DNA of 64,000 nt, taken from sequence record NC_048077.1. One strand, written 5' to 3'. This document shows positions 63,449 through 64,000 of the stretch, in pieces. Each line of letters begins with the position of its first letter. Position 1 is the first letter of the stretch. Position numbers and translations under genes: made by a program. Below the pieces are notes generated by a model. The model ran no database searches. It was not told where the DNA came from and worked only from the letters and a program-made list of their open reading frames with translations.

Positions 63449-64000
63449 ATGTCGGACAAGTCCAATCTTACGGGCGGTCAGACTGAGGAAGTTTTAGATA
63501 CTCTGCTTTATGATTCATTACGCGAGATTGTAGAAAATACAGACTTGTTTGATGTTCAGCTTGTCTATCTCCTTAGCTTGATCACTTCGAATAAAAAACG
63601 TAAGCCGTACAATGCTGAAACTCGCGAGCGTGCTATTAGTCTTGTGATTAAAACTCTGACTACTCCACGCGAAATGCGAATGCAGTATCTGGTTGAGGTG
63701 AAGATGGAGCGCAACTTCATCTACATCTTTTTGGAAAATGTTCTGAACAAGTATTATCGCACCTACGTTGATTTGTATCGCATGTTCATTTCAACAACGG
63801 ATAGCGATAAGCGTCAGATATATGCAAAACGTTTGGATGTGATTGTTCGAGCTACTGGCGCAAGTTCGCGTTCAAAACTTTTTGTAGCGCTTGTTCGTTT
63901 GAATGATATGTTGCCTTTGTTTAAAGACTACTTTCATTCTGTCGTTGCTGATTTTTATCGCCTGTGTCAAAAGCACGCGAAGTTTTATATCGACACGAAC
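63449..64000 (+). CDS. Possible phage sigma-70-family factor, N-terminal part (runs off the right edge)
   Basis: Open frame from ATG 63449 (MSDKSNLTGG) to the window end. Its last residues, VVADFYRLCQKHAKFY, resemble sigma region 2.1 (VEANLRLVISIAKKY). Confidence 0.45.
   Translation, partial: MSDKSNLTGGQTEEVLDTLLYDSLREIVENTDLFDVQLVYLLSLITSNKKRKPYNAETRERAISLVIKTLTTPREMRMQYLVEVKMERNFIYIFLENVLNKYYRTYVDLYRMFISTTDSDKRQIYAKRLDVIVRATGASSRSKLFVALVRLNDMLPLFKDYFHSVVADFYRLCQKHAKFYIDTN

Overview
This 64 kb window is part of a large lytic myovirus (jumbo-phage-like) genome. No tRNA, rRNA, CRISPR array or integrase was seen. Genes run almost entirely on the minus strand up to about 52.3 kb and mostly on the plus strand after that. 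The window encodes a bacterial-style replisome: family A DNA polymerase with an N-terminal UDG-like domain, beta-clamp, DnaX-like clamp loader, DnaG-like primase, SbcC/SbcD-like nuclease pair, RuvC-like resolvase, SF2 helicase and a UvsY-like protein. It also has virion genes (tail sheath N-terminus, probable neck proteins, an Ig-repeat protein, histone-like basic proteins), a GH108 muramidase, a Tlde1/DUF2778-like enzyme, and likely counter-defence enzymes (Acb1-like 2H phosphoesterase, ART-like protein, DHH phosphoesterase). The gene set recalls the Lu11/PaBG/RSL1/Erwinia Y3-type jumbo phages; this is from memory, not a database search. Highlights: (1) an SF2 helicase gene fractured into two genes by a naturally split intein, with a free-standing zinc-ribbon/PD-(D/E)xK endonuclease inserted between them on the opposite strand; (2) at least 11 proteins, mostly otherwise unrelated, sharing an N-terminal M-x-[IVL]-x-[IVF]-[SD]-[LI]-[SG] motif, a candidate capsid-targeting or maturation signal; (3) a ~290 nt structured intergenic ncRNA candidate with a pseudoknot; (4) a second, highly diverged PolA-like protein beside a non-coding region containing a G-quadruplex motif; (5) a recurrent CTGTAAA promoter-like motif and a probable phage sigma factor at the right edge. 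Several start codons were adjusted from the ORF track using RBS position.
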